From Trichodelitschia bisporula (taxonomy: Eukaryota): a DNA stretch of 64,000 nt. This document shows, piece by piece, positions 35,481 to 48,140 of the stretch. Under the pieces are notes generated by a model. The model was not told the origin of the DNA and did no database searches. It was given only the letters and a program-made list of their open reading frames with translations. The position numbers were made by a program, and so were the translations under genes. Within the stretch, counting starts at the first letter, position 1. Each line of letters starts with the position of its first letter. The DNA lies in assembly GCA_010356995.1 (NCBI GenBank), contig ML996699.1, forward strand, positions 651,697 to 715,696, written 5' to 3'.

Positions 35481-36675
35481 CTATGTGTTCTGATACAACA
35501 GCAACGGCTCACCCACATTCTCAATCTCCGGTATCGTACAGCGGAGATCGAACGCCTTGCTCAGCACAATCTTGAAGATCTACACCCAGGTTAGCCCTTT
35601 CCCCCCAAACCATCTCCTTACTCACCTTCTGCACATTAATACTATGACTCGTACTCGAAAAGATCAAAGACGCCTTCATAGCCTTCGCAAACCTCTTCGC
35701 CTGATTACTAATCTCCTCCTGCTCCTCGCGCGGAAAGTTGACAAACGTGTCATACTTCGTGCCGACGAGGAAGGGGATCGCAGTCTTGTTGAACCCGCGC
35801 CCCTGGCGGTACCACTCCTTGATCGAGTTTAGAGTGGATTTGCGCGTCAGGTCGAACATGAAGAGTATGGCGACGGCATCGTTGCACACCAAGGGAAGCA
35901 TGTTGACGAACTCGCGCTGCCCGCCGAGGTCCCAGATGCTGAATGTGATTTCCGTGTTGCGGATGCTGATCGTTTTTTCCATGAAATTGACCCCTGGCAC
36001 ACCATTATCATTAGCCACCCCCCATAAAATCCCCTCACTCCCTCCCTTAACCCGGGCCGCGACTCACCAAGCGTCTGAATATAATCCTCATCCCAACTCC
36101 CCTCCACATACTTAACCATCAAACTCGTCTTCCCAATCTGCGCATCCCCCACCATCCCCACCTTAATCACAACACTCGGATTCTTCCCCGCCTCCTCCTG
36201 CTGCCTCTGTGCCTGCGCGCCCCGATACGCCCCCGCCCCCGCACTCCCCTGCCGCGGCGGCGTCTCCGCGTCGCTGCTGTGCGCGAACCCGTACCCGCTC
36301 GGCGCGGGCCGGCTGAAGCCTGTGTCGCTGTAGCTTGTTTGCGGCCGGTCGTTTGTGTGCGCCCTGTCGTACGGTTGGCCGGGAGCGGGTGGGGGGGAGG
36401 CGAGGGGCGGCGAGGGGAGCCGGTTGTAGGCTTGGGCTTGGGCGGGGAGGGGCGGGGAGGGGGCGTAGGGGGAGTTGGTGTATGTTGGGGGCGTGGCGGT
36501 TTGCGTCGGCGGCGTGTAGGTCATTGGCGGGGTCTCGCTGTAGTAGCTCGGTGGGGTGTGGTACGATGCCGGCGGGGGCTGGTATTGAGCTGGCGGCTGG
36601 TACTGCGCTGGGGGCGGCTGGGCGGGCGGCGTTTGGTACTGCGATTGCGGGGCGTATTGCGGCGCGGCGTAGGAG

Positions 36676-36708
<33 letters not shown>

Positions 36709-37034
36709 GTGTTCGGTTGCGGATCTTGCTGCCGGGGCGCGGCGTACGCGTGCTGCTGCTGCGCCTGCGTGCTCGATTGCTGTTCTTGCATCCGGTGTGC
36801 GAGGGACTCGGAGTACGCGTACTGCTGCTGCGCCTGCGTGCTGGACTGGTGTTCTGCAGCGCGCTGCTGCTCCTTCTCCCGGGTCCCGAATGGTCCGGCG
36901 GCGGCGAGTGTGCTTTGCGTGATGGTTGTGTTCATGCTGTCGTCGTCGGGTTCGTGGTGCGAGGAGGGGTTTGCGGCGGTGGACGCGTCGTGGGAGGCCG
37001 CGGTGCCCATGGTGGTGGGGGGTGGGTAGTCCAT
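35481..37034 (-). CDS. spg1: Septation/mitotic-exit GTPase Spg1/Tem1 with a long Q/P-rich N-terminus
   Basis: [65 protein letters not shown]. Introns 35994-36067 and 35580-35625. Confidence 0.95.
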
Positions 37035-38287
37035 GCGTGGATTGAGGGGGGGTGGTGGTGAAGTAGGTGTTTGCGGGCGAGGAAGTCGTGATGTTGTTGT
37101 TGCACGGTTGTTGTTGTTGGGTTTGGTGGGTGGGTAGGGCGGAGCGGGTGATTGGGTGGGGGGGGCGCCAAGAGGGCCGGGGAGGGGGAAGGGCGTGGCG
37201 GTTGTGTGATGGGTTAGGTTTGAGGCGGTTGATGTCAAATACGATTCAGTGCGGCTGATGATGGTAGCTGAAGGGGGTTGGATCGTGAAGTGCTGTGAGA
37301 TGGGGGGGAAGTGGAAATGCTTTGGTGGAGAATTGAATGCTTGAGTTGAGTTAAAAGTTGACGGCGAGAGGCGCTTTGAGACGGACATGATATCGCGCCG
37401 GGCTTGGGCTTTTTGCTTGCAATCGAGCAGGCAGGTAAGGGCATCCAGAGATCTTATAGCGGCACAGACACGCGTGTTACTGAACTCGGGTAAGTCTTTC
37501 CCTTCATGAGGCACACTCGCAGCTAACGGCATATCAGAGCATAAATTCGTTTCCGTCGACATACGGCCATATTTCATTCCAAGCTCCAATCAACATCGTA
37601 TCTCAAGGCATACTAATCCAAGAAAACCAGCCTGATCCTCATGCCCAGCGTCTGACCTTTACCCGTCTCCCAAATCACATGCCGTTAACACGGCCGCAAT
37701 TGGCACTACTATTCTAATCACGCCCTCTCATCAGCCTCCGCGAAAGAGCATGACAGTCGAGACGCCATACACGACTACGGGAGCTCTGAGCGCGACCACT
37801 GTAGGGAGTCCAAGCACCACGCCGCTACAGCGACCGCACTCTTACTCCAGGCTCACGCCACCGGAGGGGGGGGGGGGGGGGGCATATGGAGGATGTACGC
37901 TTTATGCCGAGAGTCCTGCGGGTCCAGGTAGTGAGGGAGAGACGGGAAGAGAGAAGGGAGAGCGGGATCGGAGGAGGGCGGACTAAGAGGGGGAAGAGGA
38001 GGTGACCTTGGGCTGGACACGGCTGGGAGAGTCGGTGCCGTGTTGAGGCTTCTAGTGGCTTGTTCCACTTCTAGTTCCGAGTACTGAAACGGCGTTTGGC
38101 AGACATCAGTCATGTATCGACCTATGATTTCCGTCCAGGAGCGTCTCCAGCATGCGCTCCCATCTTGATGCCAAATTGACAGTCCCCAACCACAGCCGTT
38201 ACCCCGATCTTCCTATCCGTCTGTAACCCTCACCTTCGCCCAACTTCACATTCCCGCAACATATTTTTTTCAAACACTTAATCCAGC

Positions 38288-38405
38288 ACATACGGCCACA
38301 GGTTGTAGAAAGCACCAGTCCCCGTCTGCTCACTGAAGTTAAGCTGCAAACCGGTTGATTAGTAGTTGCGTGGGTGACCAGCAGCGAATCCCGACTGCTG
38401 TATGT
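38288..38405 (+). rRNA. Dispersed 5S rRNA gene
   Basis: 118 nt from ACATACGGCCACAGG through TTAGTAGTTGCGTGGGTGACCAGCAGCGAATCCC to GCTGTATGT. The ends pair as helix I. It is followed directly by T runs (Pol III terminator). Confidence 0.93.
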
Positions 38406-38748
38406 TTTTGCCTTTTTTGGCCTTGATGCTCTGGTTTGTTTAGCTTTTTTTGCTGGGTGGCCATGGATGGTGTTGTATCGTGAAGCCTGGGTCACAGCTT
38501 CGGGGCAAGGCAGGGCAAGGCTGAACCGCAGGCCGGGACATCGCGCAGCTCCTAGAGCAAAGCAAGGCACGGCTCATGGCATCTGCATTGTAGAACTAGC
38601 AAAGTCAACCCTTAGCACCGAATGGGTATACCAGAGTAGTCATATCTCCTCGCAGTCAATCCCTCATAATCTGCATCTCTCATCTACCCATGCCCCACTC
38701 GCCCAAAAAGCCAAACGCTCCCCATGCAAAGGTATGGTATCATCCAGC

Positions 38749-41700
38749 CTACCGTCTAACACTCCCAAACCCCCTCCTCAACATCTCCCCAATCTCCGCA
38801 CTCTCCCTCCGTCTATCCAACTCCCTCATCTCCATCTCCACCCCCTCGCCCCTCGTCCGCAAAATCTCAAGCACATGTCCCTCCCGCTCCGCCTCCTCCC
38901 TCCGCTGCCTCTCCGCCTCATCCTCCGTGTCAAGGGCTGCATTTTCCGCCTCTGCCGCTGCGGCGCCGGGCATCCACACGCCCACGCTCTCTGCAAAACG
39001 GCGTCGGACAGCCGGATCCTTTTCTAACTGGCGGAACACGTCCGCGTCCTGCGGGGCCAGAGCCACGCGCGCTGTTTTAACACTAACTTCGAAGACGACC
39101 ACGGCGGCAATGATGAGGAGCAGCACAGCCCACCAGAGCGGATTCCTTCCAAAACTCGTCAGGAACGCGCCCTTGACTAAATAGATCACGTTGTGCGTGT
39201 ACGTGGTCGCCAGGATGATGTTCCAGAGGAACCAGCCGCCTATACTGAGGACGAAGCTGGCCGCGGTGAGGAGCGTCTTGGTGTGTGTTTCGAGGAGCCT
39301 GGGTCGGGGGTTAGTTNNNNNNNNNNNNNNNNNNNNNNNNNNNNNNNNNNNNNNNNNNNNNNNNNNNNNNNNNNNNNNNNNNNNNNNNNNNNNNNNTGAG
39401 CACGACGCACGCGGAGAACGTGAGGTCGCCCATAGCAAACAACCCGTTGTCGCGCGTGAACGCGACTTGGCCGAATAGCGCGTACATGCAGAAGTAGACG
39501 ACCATCGCGCTCCCCGCGGCCATGAACATCCAGGCTAGATAAATGCGCGCGTTGAATGCGCCATCCCGCTGGCCCAGGGCGTAAAGCTCGGGGACGGCGA
39601 GAAGGGTGGCGGCGGACAGGTCCTGCTCGAAAATACCGATGAAGATAACGGGCAGGCTGGTGAAGAGCGTGTTGAACATTGACATGCTCCACGGTTCGTA
39701 CAGGCTGGTGGCTGTGTACCCGTTCCAGCGCTGGTAGAGCGCTTGCGTGAGGTAGAAGAGCTAGGATCATCAGCCTCGCCCTCCCCCCCAAAAAAAAAAC
39801 CAAAGACATAACAAACTCACCATCTCCTTGTAAAACGTCCCCACCACATACTTGCACGTCCGGACATAATTCCACCGCCCATGCACCAGCAACAACTTCC
39901 CCAAGAACCGAAACTGCGCAACGCTGTAATCGCTCGCGCGCGCCGCCTGCAGGCCCTCCCTCCCACTAATCCCGATCCCAACATGCGCCTCCTGTATCAT
40001 GGCAATATCATTCGCCCCATCCCCCACCGCCAACGTAACTGCGCCCTTGACCCTCTTCCGCACACCCCGTACCAGCGCCGCCTTTTGAGCCGGACTCGCT
40101 CGACAACACACCACGCTATCCGCCAGCATCGCGAGATCGAAGAAAAGCGCAGTCGCCGCAGGTTTCGAGGTGACATACCCCAGCGTCCCCCCATCGACGA
40201 CAACGACGCTGTGCGCCGCCTCGCCCGCGCGCAACCGCACCACCGCCGCGCCCATCATGCGCTCGACCGCACCGGCGGAGCTGTCCAGCACGATGACGTC
40301 GGAGTAGTCCTTGATCAACCGGCACGAGTGCCCGATGTTCACCGCCGTTTCGCGCTTGTCGCCCGTTAGCATCCAAAGGCGGATATTCGCGCGGCGCAGC
40401 TGGTCGATCGTCTCGGGGACGCCTTGCTGGAGCTTGTCCTCGATGGCGGTCGCGCCGGCGAGCTCGAGCTCCGTCTCGATGACCTCGCCTGCTTCTTCGA
40501 TTTTGGCTTCGCGGTCGACGAGGCTGGTGGATGCTTCTTGGAAGCCCTTCTTCCAGCCCGCATACTCCGCTTCCGTCATGAAGCGATACCCGTAAAGCAG
40601 CGTCCTGAGCCCCTCCGTCGCAAAATCGTTAACGTGCTGGAAACACCTTTCCAGCACCGCGGCATCATCCCCCACAAGCCCCTCCTCAACAACCTCCTCC
40701 GCCTGGCCCCCCGCCTCCCACGCCCACGAGTTCCTTCCCTCGCTCACCGCCACGCTACCCCGGCCCATCTGCGCCGACGGCCTTGGGCTGTAGAAGCGCT
40801 CCTCCCGCTCCGGCTCATCCACAAGCTCGATATCCCTCTCCCTCTCCCTCAACCACATATCCAACTCATCACGCGCAGGCTGCAGCCTCGCCGCATTAAG
40901 ACTCAAGCGCCCCGCCACACTCAGTCCCCCCAGGCTAGGCCGGCCAATCGACATGCTAACACGGTTAACACTCGCCCCGCGCTCAAGCTGGCTGCTCTTC
41001 CGCGCAAGCGCAACATGCGCCTCCAGGCTGCGCCTCCGAGAGACCCTCTTCTCGATCTCAGCCACCTTGCGCCCCGCCAGCGCAGCTAGACGTAACCGCG
41101 CTTGAATCACGCTATCCGCGCCCTTGCAAATAAGGCAAATGCGCCCGTCCGGAAAGCGCAGCAGGACAGACATGCGCTTGCGCTTCGAGCTAAACTCAAT
41201 CACATCCAGCACCTCATACACCTCATCTCGCTCTTCACCATCCCCACCAATAACCCGCAGCGTGATGCGCCCCATCTCGCGCGCATAGTTCAGCAAGCCC
41301 AATTCACGGGCCGCGTGCACAAGGGCTAGTTCATCTGGCGAGGAGGCCTGGAAATCGATACTCCCGTCGGGTTGGGTCTCGGGCAGACAGGTGTGGCACA
41401 GGGCGATGCTGAGCAGGAACATGCGCGCCTTCATGGCGAAGAGGGTGTGCGGCTTGGCGCGGATGTAGGCTAGCATGGCGGGGGTGCGGAGTTCGGGGCG
41501 GGAGCGGGTGGGGCGGGCGGAGGAGCGCCAGCGGGGTTCGTTGGTGAGGGTGGCGGGGGAGAGGGTGGTTGAGGGGCGGGGGGTGCCGGAAACGGAATCC
41601 ACGAGCCTGGAGTCGCGGGCGGGTTTTTTGCCTTTGTTTGGGAGTGGGGGGGCGGGGGAGGCGAGGTCGACGTCGTGGAGCCAGGCTGTGCCTGCGACGC

Positions 41701-43798
41701 TGAGTTTACGGAATTTCATTTCGTTGTTGGTTAGGGTGCCGGTTTTGTCAGAGAAGATGTAGCTAGGGGGGTTAGAAGGGGGTAGAGTACGAGGGGACAG
41801 TCTGACAAACCTCACTTGCCCCAGTTCCTCGTTGATGGTGGATGTATGCGCCTCGAGGGGGCGGTCCGCCTTCTCGTCATACATGTCGATGTCGTTGAGC
41901 AGCACCATCTGGCCCAGCTTGATGATTTCCATGCTGACGTAGAGCGACAGCGGAATCATAGTGTTGAACATGATGAAGAAGCTCGTCAAAATCGGGAAGA
42001 AGGGGACGCGAGCATGGTCCAAATACCACGACTTGCGCTCCCGGCTGCGCTGCCAGATCTGGTACGCAATAGTGTTGAACAGCGCGAGCGCAACGACGAA
42101 AATAACAACCGCAATAACAACCTTGTTGACCACGGACTGCAGATGCGGCGCCTTGATACGCGGGTTCTTGTTAGCGTTCATGCGAATCTTGCACTCCTCG
42201 CCCGAGTAAATCACAACGCCAATCGCTTCAGGCGTATTCCGAATAATGCTCCCCCGATACACAACCTCATTATTCGTAAGCGCACACGTCTCGCCACCCA
42301 CCGTGACCCGGCCCTCAAACCGATAAAGGTCCAGATTCGGATCTTCAACCACCAGCTCAGCGCGACACGCCGCGATGCCCTCCTCATCAGCACACGCGCC
42401 CGCCAGGCCCGCCGTCGTGGTCTTGCCCTTGAGATTCGTCTCGCCATCCAGGGCCATGGTCTCGACGTACGCGACGCCCTGGTGGCCCGTCGAGTGCAGC
42501 AGGACAATGTCCGCGGGGACGGGATCGTTGCGCTTTAGCTTGATGACGTCGCCGACGCGTAGGTCGCGCCACTTGATGGTCGCCCATACTAGGGGGCCGA
42601 AGGGCTCGGGGCCCGCGTCGGTAGAGCGGTAGGCGTGCAGGACGGAGACCTCGGAGTTATTTTCCGCCTTGTCGAGTTTGTACCGGCGGAAATCGTCGTA
42701 GGCCTCCTTGGCCATGGACAATCCGACGAAAAACAGCAGCGGGACGATGGTCGTATAGTTCCCCGTCGTGGACAATCCGGGTATCATCTGCAGAATGGAC
42801 ACGCTGAGGAAGTAAAAGTTGGCCAGCTTCGAGAACTGCGCAAACAGCTGCCGTGGCACGAAGTTCCATATCGTGTACCGACATGATCTGATGGTGTTGT
42901 CGATGTAGTCCTTTCCGGTCCGTTCATCGATCAGGGATTTCTTGCGCGACGCATCAAGGGGAATATGCCGCCCGTCCTTACTCGGCGGCAATTCATGCGC
43001 GCCGAATATCGCCTTGCGCACTTTCTTCGCTGCATCTCGGGCGCGGCGGAGCAGAGGGGCGCGCTGCATGCGCCGCTCGACCCAGTTCTCATAATTCGGC
43101 AGCGCCGGGTCTGCCTTCTTCGTTGTGGTCGACCCATCCAATCCAGATACCGTAACGGTCGGCACCTTATCATCACCAGCCCTTTCCAGCACCGCCTGGC
43201 TCGACGACCCCGACTCCTGAAGTTCCAGTATAGCACTCTCAGACCGGTCCTCCAAATTCCGATTAAAGATAGCTCGGCGAAGCGAGTACCCACGGGAACG
43301 ACTGGTCGGAGAAAGCGGGCTGGTAGGAGAAACGGAAGAGCGACTAATCGGAGACAGAGGCGTAGGCAGTGACCGCCCCGTAGGTGAAAGCGCCGTCTCC
43401 ATCCCACGTCCCGTCGGCGACAAAGGCCATCCCGACTCATGTTGCCGTGCACCCTCACTGCTGGCCGAAGACACGGGCGACAAGCTCCCCGCGCCAGGGC
43501 CGATGCTCTCGCGGGGCATGCGCGGCGCCAACGGCGAGACCTCGCGCCTGCGACTGCCGTCGCCTAGGTCGGCGGAGAAGCGCACGCTGCGGGGCTCGGG
43601 TGCGTCTCGTTCTCGGGGGGTATGTGTGCTATGTCGCCCCGTTGTTCCAGCGGCGTCTCCCCCATCGATTCGCACCGGAGGCGTCTCGTTCGTGCTAGAT
43701 GGGATGACAATGGAGGGCAATTCAACGCCGTCAGCACCGTCTTCCGGGTGCGAGGGTCGGCGGCGGCGGAGCGGCCCTGAGGGGTCCATTGGTGCCAT
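38749..43798 (-). CDS. DNF3: P4-type ATPase phospholipid flippase, Dnf3 clade
   Basis: DGETNLK, IPLSLYV, SDKTGTLT, QASSPDE, KGAD, GLRTL, MLTGDKRET, CCRASPAQK, GDGAND. Introns 41763-41810, 39761-39820 and one overlapping the N gap (acceptor at 39299). Confidence 0.93.
39317..39396. other. Assembly gap (N run)
   Basis: 80 Ns inside the flippase gene. Confidence 1.
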
Positions 43799-46361
43799 GG
43801 TACCTGTGGATGTCAACGGTGCAACGAGGATGAGGTGGGAAGGGGGACTGGACGTCAACGTACATCCGGCAGCCGGCTTCGCGGCTCACGTTCTGCGCTG
43901 CTAGTCCCCAATTCCAGCCCTTGTTCAAGCAACACAGTCGGTAATGCAGATATCCAGTATCCCACGCTCTTCCACTCCAGGCAAAGTCCAGTATTCGATT
44001 CCAGCGCAAAAGCGACAGACAGTCACACCTCGAGCTCTTCACGCCGTTTCAACCCCAACCACCGCCCCACACCACGTTTCCTTGCTCTTGACAACTCGGC
44101 TCCACTACACGCGGCCGGCGGGCCCGCTAAGCGTTAGCGGCGTGTGTGGTTGTGGGGGTTCGAGTAGCCGGGTCTGAAATGCGGCTCAGCGGAGGGACGA
44201 GAGTAAGGTTATCGTAACGTCGTGCGGCAGAGTGAGGGTAGCGAAGGGATGGATCGAAGTCCAACGTGCTTCAGCGAAAGGGAAAGTCGTCCCTCGCCGT
44301 CGATCGTCAACGCCGCCTGCGTAGCCCAGGCCAAATATATCCGACTCCCCGCGTCGGCTTACACGTACCTCGTCGTGTGCTCGCCCTGTTCTCTTCGTCG
44401 AATCGTACGAAGGACAATCGTCAAGATCGCGGTATCACAAACGATACTTCCAGCACCCTCGCCGCATGCGCAACCCTCTCTTTAGAGCAGAGCGCAACGC
44501 TTGCGTCTTACGTCTGACTTCTCCGCGTTCCTCTCCGCTGGTGGCGGATTGGGCGGCTGCTGGCGTGCTCCGTCCTATCCCGTGGCGTACGGGAGTGGAT
44601 AGGCGTGTCCCGAACCCGCTTGCGCCGCGCAGCTGGTTGGCTGGAATGGCGTGCAGAACTGCAGGGGCAGTCGCCTTGGAAAACGGGTCTTAGAGTCGAA
44701 GATCGTGCTTTCTCCCCAGCCTCGGGAATCGTGAATTTGAAGACAGAGAACAGCAATTGCAGCGTGAAGCTCAAGCCATCATCGCAAGTATTCACATAAC
44801 CTTACAAAATCTACCCACGAGTCACAAGGCAGCCAAGCCCCGTTGCCCCCAACTCCCACATCGCTCTGGCCCCCATCATTCCCACCCCGTGGACCGTGGC
44901 CCCCGGTTTCGAAATATAGTGCCCAATAACTGCACACTCTACCGCATGGCCTGGAGCTACGCCGCTCAGAATGCTAGTACTTTTGCTGTGAAGTGCTGTG
45001 GTATGTGAGCGTCTACATGCGGGGGGTCAGGATGAGGGAGGTGCTTGTTTCGTGGTGATGCTTTCCCCCTACAGATGATACTGCAACTGGGGACCCGCCT
45101 CCAATGCTCGAGAGTATGTAGTATCGTCGCTTGCTTGATGCTTGACCTTCGGGGAAGCAACCGCCGGCCTTTCGAATCCTCCCAAGGAAACGAGGCTTGA
45201 AAGGCTGTGTTGCAGATATCCATCAGATCCATCGGATCCAGAAGGTTGCCCACCAACCAGCCAACTGGCCTCAGCCTTCAAACAACAGTCAACCCAGGCG
45301 TCAACCTCTGCTGAAACACCACAACTCCCAAAAAAAAAACTATAGCCTCTCTTCTCGAATCCAACCCCCCAGCGCACATCCATTCCAGTCCCCCCCCCCC
45401 CCCTGCCTCACCTTTAAACACCACAACACGGAAAGCACTCAAAACGCACTCACAGGCCGCAATCCGCCATCAAATCATCCAATCAATAGACCACGCTCCA
45501 TTCAGTCTAACACCACTACATACCACCGTCGTAGCCGTAGCCACAACACCACTACTCAGAACTCATGATTTTTCGCCGCTTTGTTTGCTTGCCTTTGCCT
45601 CCTTGCTTATCCACCTGGCATTTGCTCCCTTCGCTCTCCCCATGCCGTTGCCGCGGCTGATATCAAACTGAACTTCCACACCAAAGGCCGCTCACGACCC
45701 CCAGAAGACACATCCATATGCACAATCCCTCCGCTTCAGAGCCCACAGTGCCCCCTCAATTGACACCAACAACACAAATCAATAGCCACCCCACGACCGA
45801 GGAGCAACCTCCCTCCCTCGCTGTCCCCGGAGACCTAAAGAATGCCAGTGAAGAAAACAAAAAGATTGGAGTAAGACGTCGTCCTCACTGCCTTCCCCTC
45901 CTCCCTCAGCGGGCGAAAGCAGCAGTTCCGTCCAACAGCGTCCGAGAAAGGTGGAAGATGGCGAAAGGAGACGCTAGATAGCAGTATAGCAGTAGTGGTG
46001 ATAGGTATCCTCTCGCGCAAGGTCCACCATCCGAGCTCGAGCGTCGAGTAAGTGTCGATAAGATGTCAAAGAGAAAAAAAAGGGACAGCGTGGTCGTAGT
46101 CATTAGTGGGCTTTCCGGCAACACAACCGAGTCCACTCAGCAAGAGCGAAAAGAAAAAAACGCCCCAAATGCGCCCAACCGCCAAACACGCCCCCAATGC
46201 TTTCCCGTCATATGCTTCCCAGACGGTGTTCTCGCACGCGCACGCTCGAGAAATGCAGACGCTCAAACAAGTGCCACAGCTCGCCTCGGATGCTTCGAAA
46301 AACCGCGATGCATTCAAGGAGATGATTAGGATGTGCCAACGTCACTGCCCTGCGCGCGGCA

Positions 46362-48140
46362 CTATGGTTGCGCCGCTACGCACCAGTGCCGATGGTACAC
46401 CCATGCGCTCTTCTGGCACTCTTTGCTGCAGTACTTCGTCCGGCGGCACCGACGGCATTTGGCAAATTGCCGCGTGAACTCCTCCCACTTGCCGCACTGG
46501 TAGTATGCGCACTGGCGAATGCCTCCGCGCGCGTCATCCTTGCGGCATAGGTTACGCATGACAACGCCCGCCCAGTACTGCATGTCCGTCGTGTGATGCC
46601 GCACGGTAAACTTCTCCACCAGCGGGAAGATGTTGAAGTCGTCCGGTTGCAGGTACTCTTCTATCAACTCTTCGTCCATGGCGTCCCGGGCCGCTGCCTC
46701 TCCGTCCAGTAGTGCGATCTCTGATGCTGGAATCTTCAGCTTCGGCACAAGGTGCGAATGCTGAAAGTAGCTGCGGAGGTTGCAGTACTTGGAAACGTAT
46801 GCTAGCAGCTGTAGGCACATGAGCACGTCCTCGTCTCGGGGCATCGACGGAAGGCCACCCGTGGTCGCGCTGCGTTCCTGAATGTACCGCACATAAGGGT
46901 TGAGTTGTGGCTGGGGAGCGGTGAGGGTGATGTTTTGGATTGGAGAGATAGCAAGGTTGGTAGCGGGAGGTGCCGTGTTGGTGATACTGCTCTCAACCAC
47001 AGCCCGCGCCATTTCGAATGTGTCGTCCGCCTGTTCCGATGGGCGGGGCTCGAGCCGCATGGGAGATCCACCACCGTCGAGCATAGCATCGTCGCCCATG
47101 TCTTGCATATTGATGTCATTTTGCAGATCAATCAGGGGCTCGTTGTTGGCGACAGATGTGACGGCACTGGGGCCGGCTTCTTCTCCGGACCCCTCGTCAC
47201 TCGACGGAGTGGAATGCTGCTGCAGCAGCGACGGACGGCCAGGAAGCGTGGGCTGCAGATTGTGACCAGGCTGCAGTTGTACAGGGGCGAGGGGAGTTGT
47301 GGGTGAATCAGGTTGCATGAGTTCAGTCGGCAGTAAGGGGACCATGGACGGCAGGCGATCCGCAACGCGCACTGGCCGAATTCCGAATGTGTCTTGCGGC
47401 GCGTCTGTCGGCACCGACGTCAGCAGTGGTTGACCCAACGTTCGCGGTCCAGCTGGCGGCGCGCCTGGCGTTCGACTTTGCATTCGGTATACGTGGCTGT
47501 GGCGGTGGTGGTGGGTGTGCGCGAAAGTCGTCCGTTCCGGAGGCGAACTTAACGAGAAAGTTGGGATGTTGACCATGTTGTCGGCAGGGCTGTCGCGCTG
47601 GCCCATGTTCAGGGGAGAAGGTATTTCGATAGGCGGCGGTGCCTGACGTCGGATGCGGTTGTCGAGGCCTTGGCTAGCGAGAAGATCGTGAACGCGCGCC
47701 TTCGTTGATGATGGGTTCACCTTGCGCTTGAACTCGGCATCGGCCTTCTCTCGGCATCGATCGATGACCTTGATGTAGTTGTCGAGAATGGTCGCGATGA
47801 CAGGGACCATGTCGGCCTCCACGACGCGCGTTCGCACGACTTCGGAGCCACGTACGCCGATATTAACGACGCACTGAAACGCGAGATTCCACTTCCAGCA
47901 ATCCATGTTGTTCGTGCGCCGGCCCTCCTTGAGGATGCACACGAGACGCTCAACACCGCCATCGAGGGTTAAGATGTCGCGGATGCGGGCCGACGAGGCG
48001 GTGAGATATGCCAAGTTATTCAACGAGTTGATGAGTGGAAGTGTCGAAGTGCAATCGAGGGCGCGCCGGTCATATAGAGCCGTAGTGATCCCCACCGACG
48101 CCTTGTTTGCGTTTGGTATGCTAAAATTGACCTCCCTCAT
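46362..48140 (-). CDS. samB: MYND-type zinc-finger protein SamB/Mub1
   Basis: MREVNFSIPN..ASVGITTALYDRRALDCTSTLPLINSLN N-terminus. C-terminal MYND finger CAYYQCGKWEE...CRRCRRTKYCSKECQKSAWVYHRHWC. Confidence 0.95.
   Translation of the reverse strand: MREVNFSIPNANKASVGITTALYDRRALDCTSTLPLINSLNNLAYLTASSARIRDILTLDGGVERLVCILKEGRRTNNMDCWKWNLAFQCVVNIGVRGSEVVRTRVVEADMVPVIATILDNYIKVIDRCREKADAEFKRKVNPSSTKARVHDLLASQGLDNRIRRQAPPPIEIPSPLNMGQRDSPADNMVNIPTFSLSSPPERTTFAHTHHHRHSHVYRMQSRTPGAPPAGPRTLGQPLLTSVPTDAPQDTFGIRPVRVADRLPSMVPLLPTELMQPDSPTTPLAPVQLQPGHNLQPTLPGRPSLLQQHSTPSSDEGSGEEAGPSAVTSVANNEPLIDLQNDINMQDMGDDAMLDGGGSPMRLEPRPSEQADDTFEMARAVVESSITNTAPPATNLAISPIQNITLTAPQPQLNPYVRYIQERSATTGGLPSMPRDEDVLMCLQLLAYVSKYCNLRSYFQHSHLVPKLKIPASEIALLDGEAAARDAMDEELIEEYLQPDDFNIFPLVEKFTVRHHTTDMQYWAGVVMRNLCRKDDARGGIRQCAYYQCGKWEEFTRQFAKCRRCRRTKYCSKECQKSAWVYHRHWCVAAQP

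Noticed and set aside
37035..37589. Open in-frame extension upstream of Spg1
   Set aside because: C-rich leaders are stop-poor by composition and the peptide is not family-like. An upstream start cannot be supported.
37750..37986. 78 aa ORF near the 5S gene
   Set aside because: It depends on a long G homopolymer and shows no family features.
39881..43904. Many plus-strand ORFs of 80-240 aa
   Set aside because: Antisense shadows of the GC-rich flippase coding sequence.
44000..46300. Short ORFs between DNF3 and samB
   Set aside because: No motifs or splice-consistent model. Consistent with a long promoter and 3' UTR.
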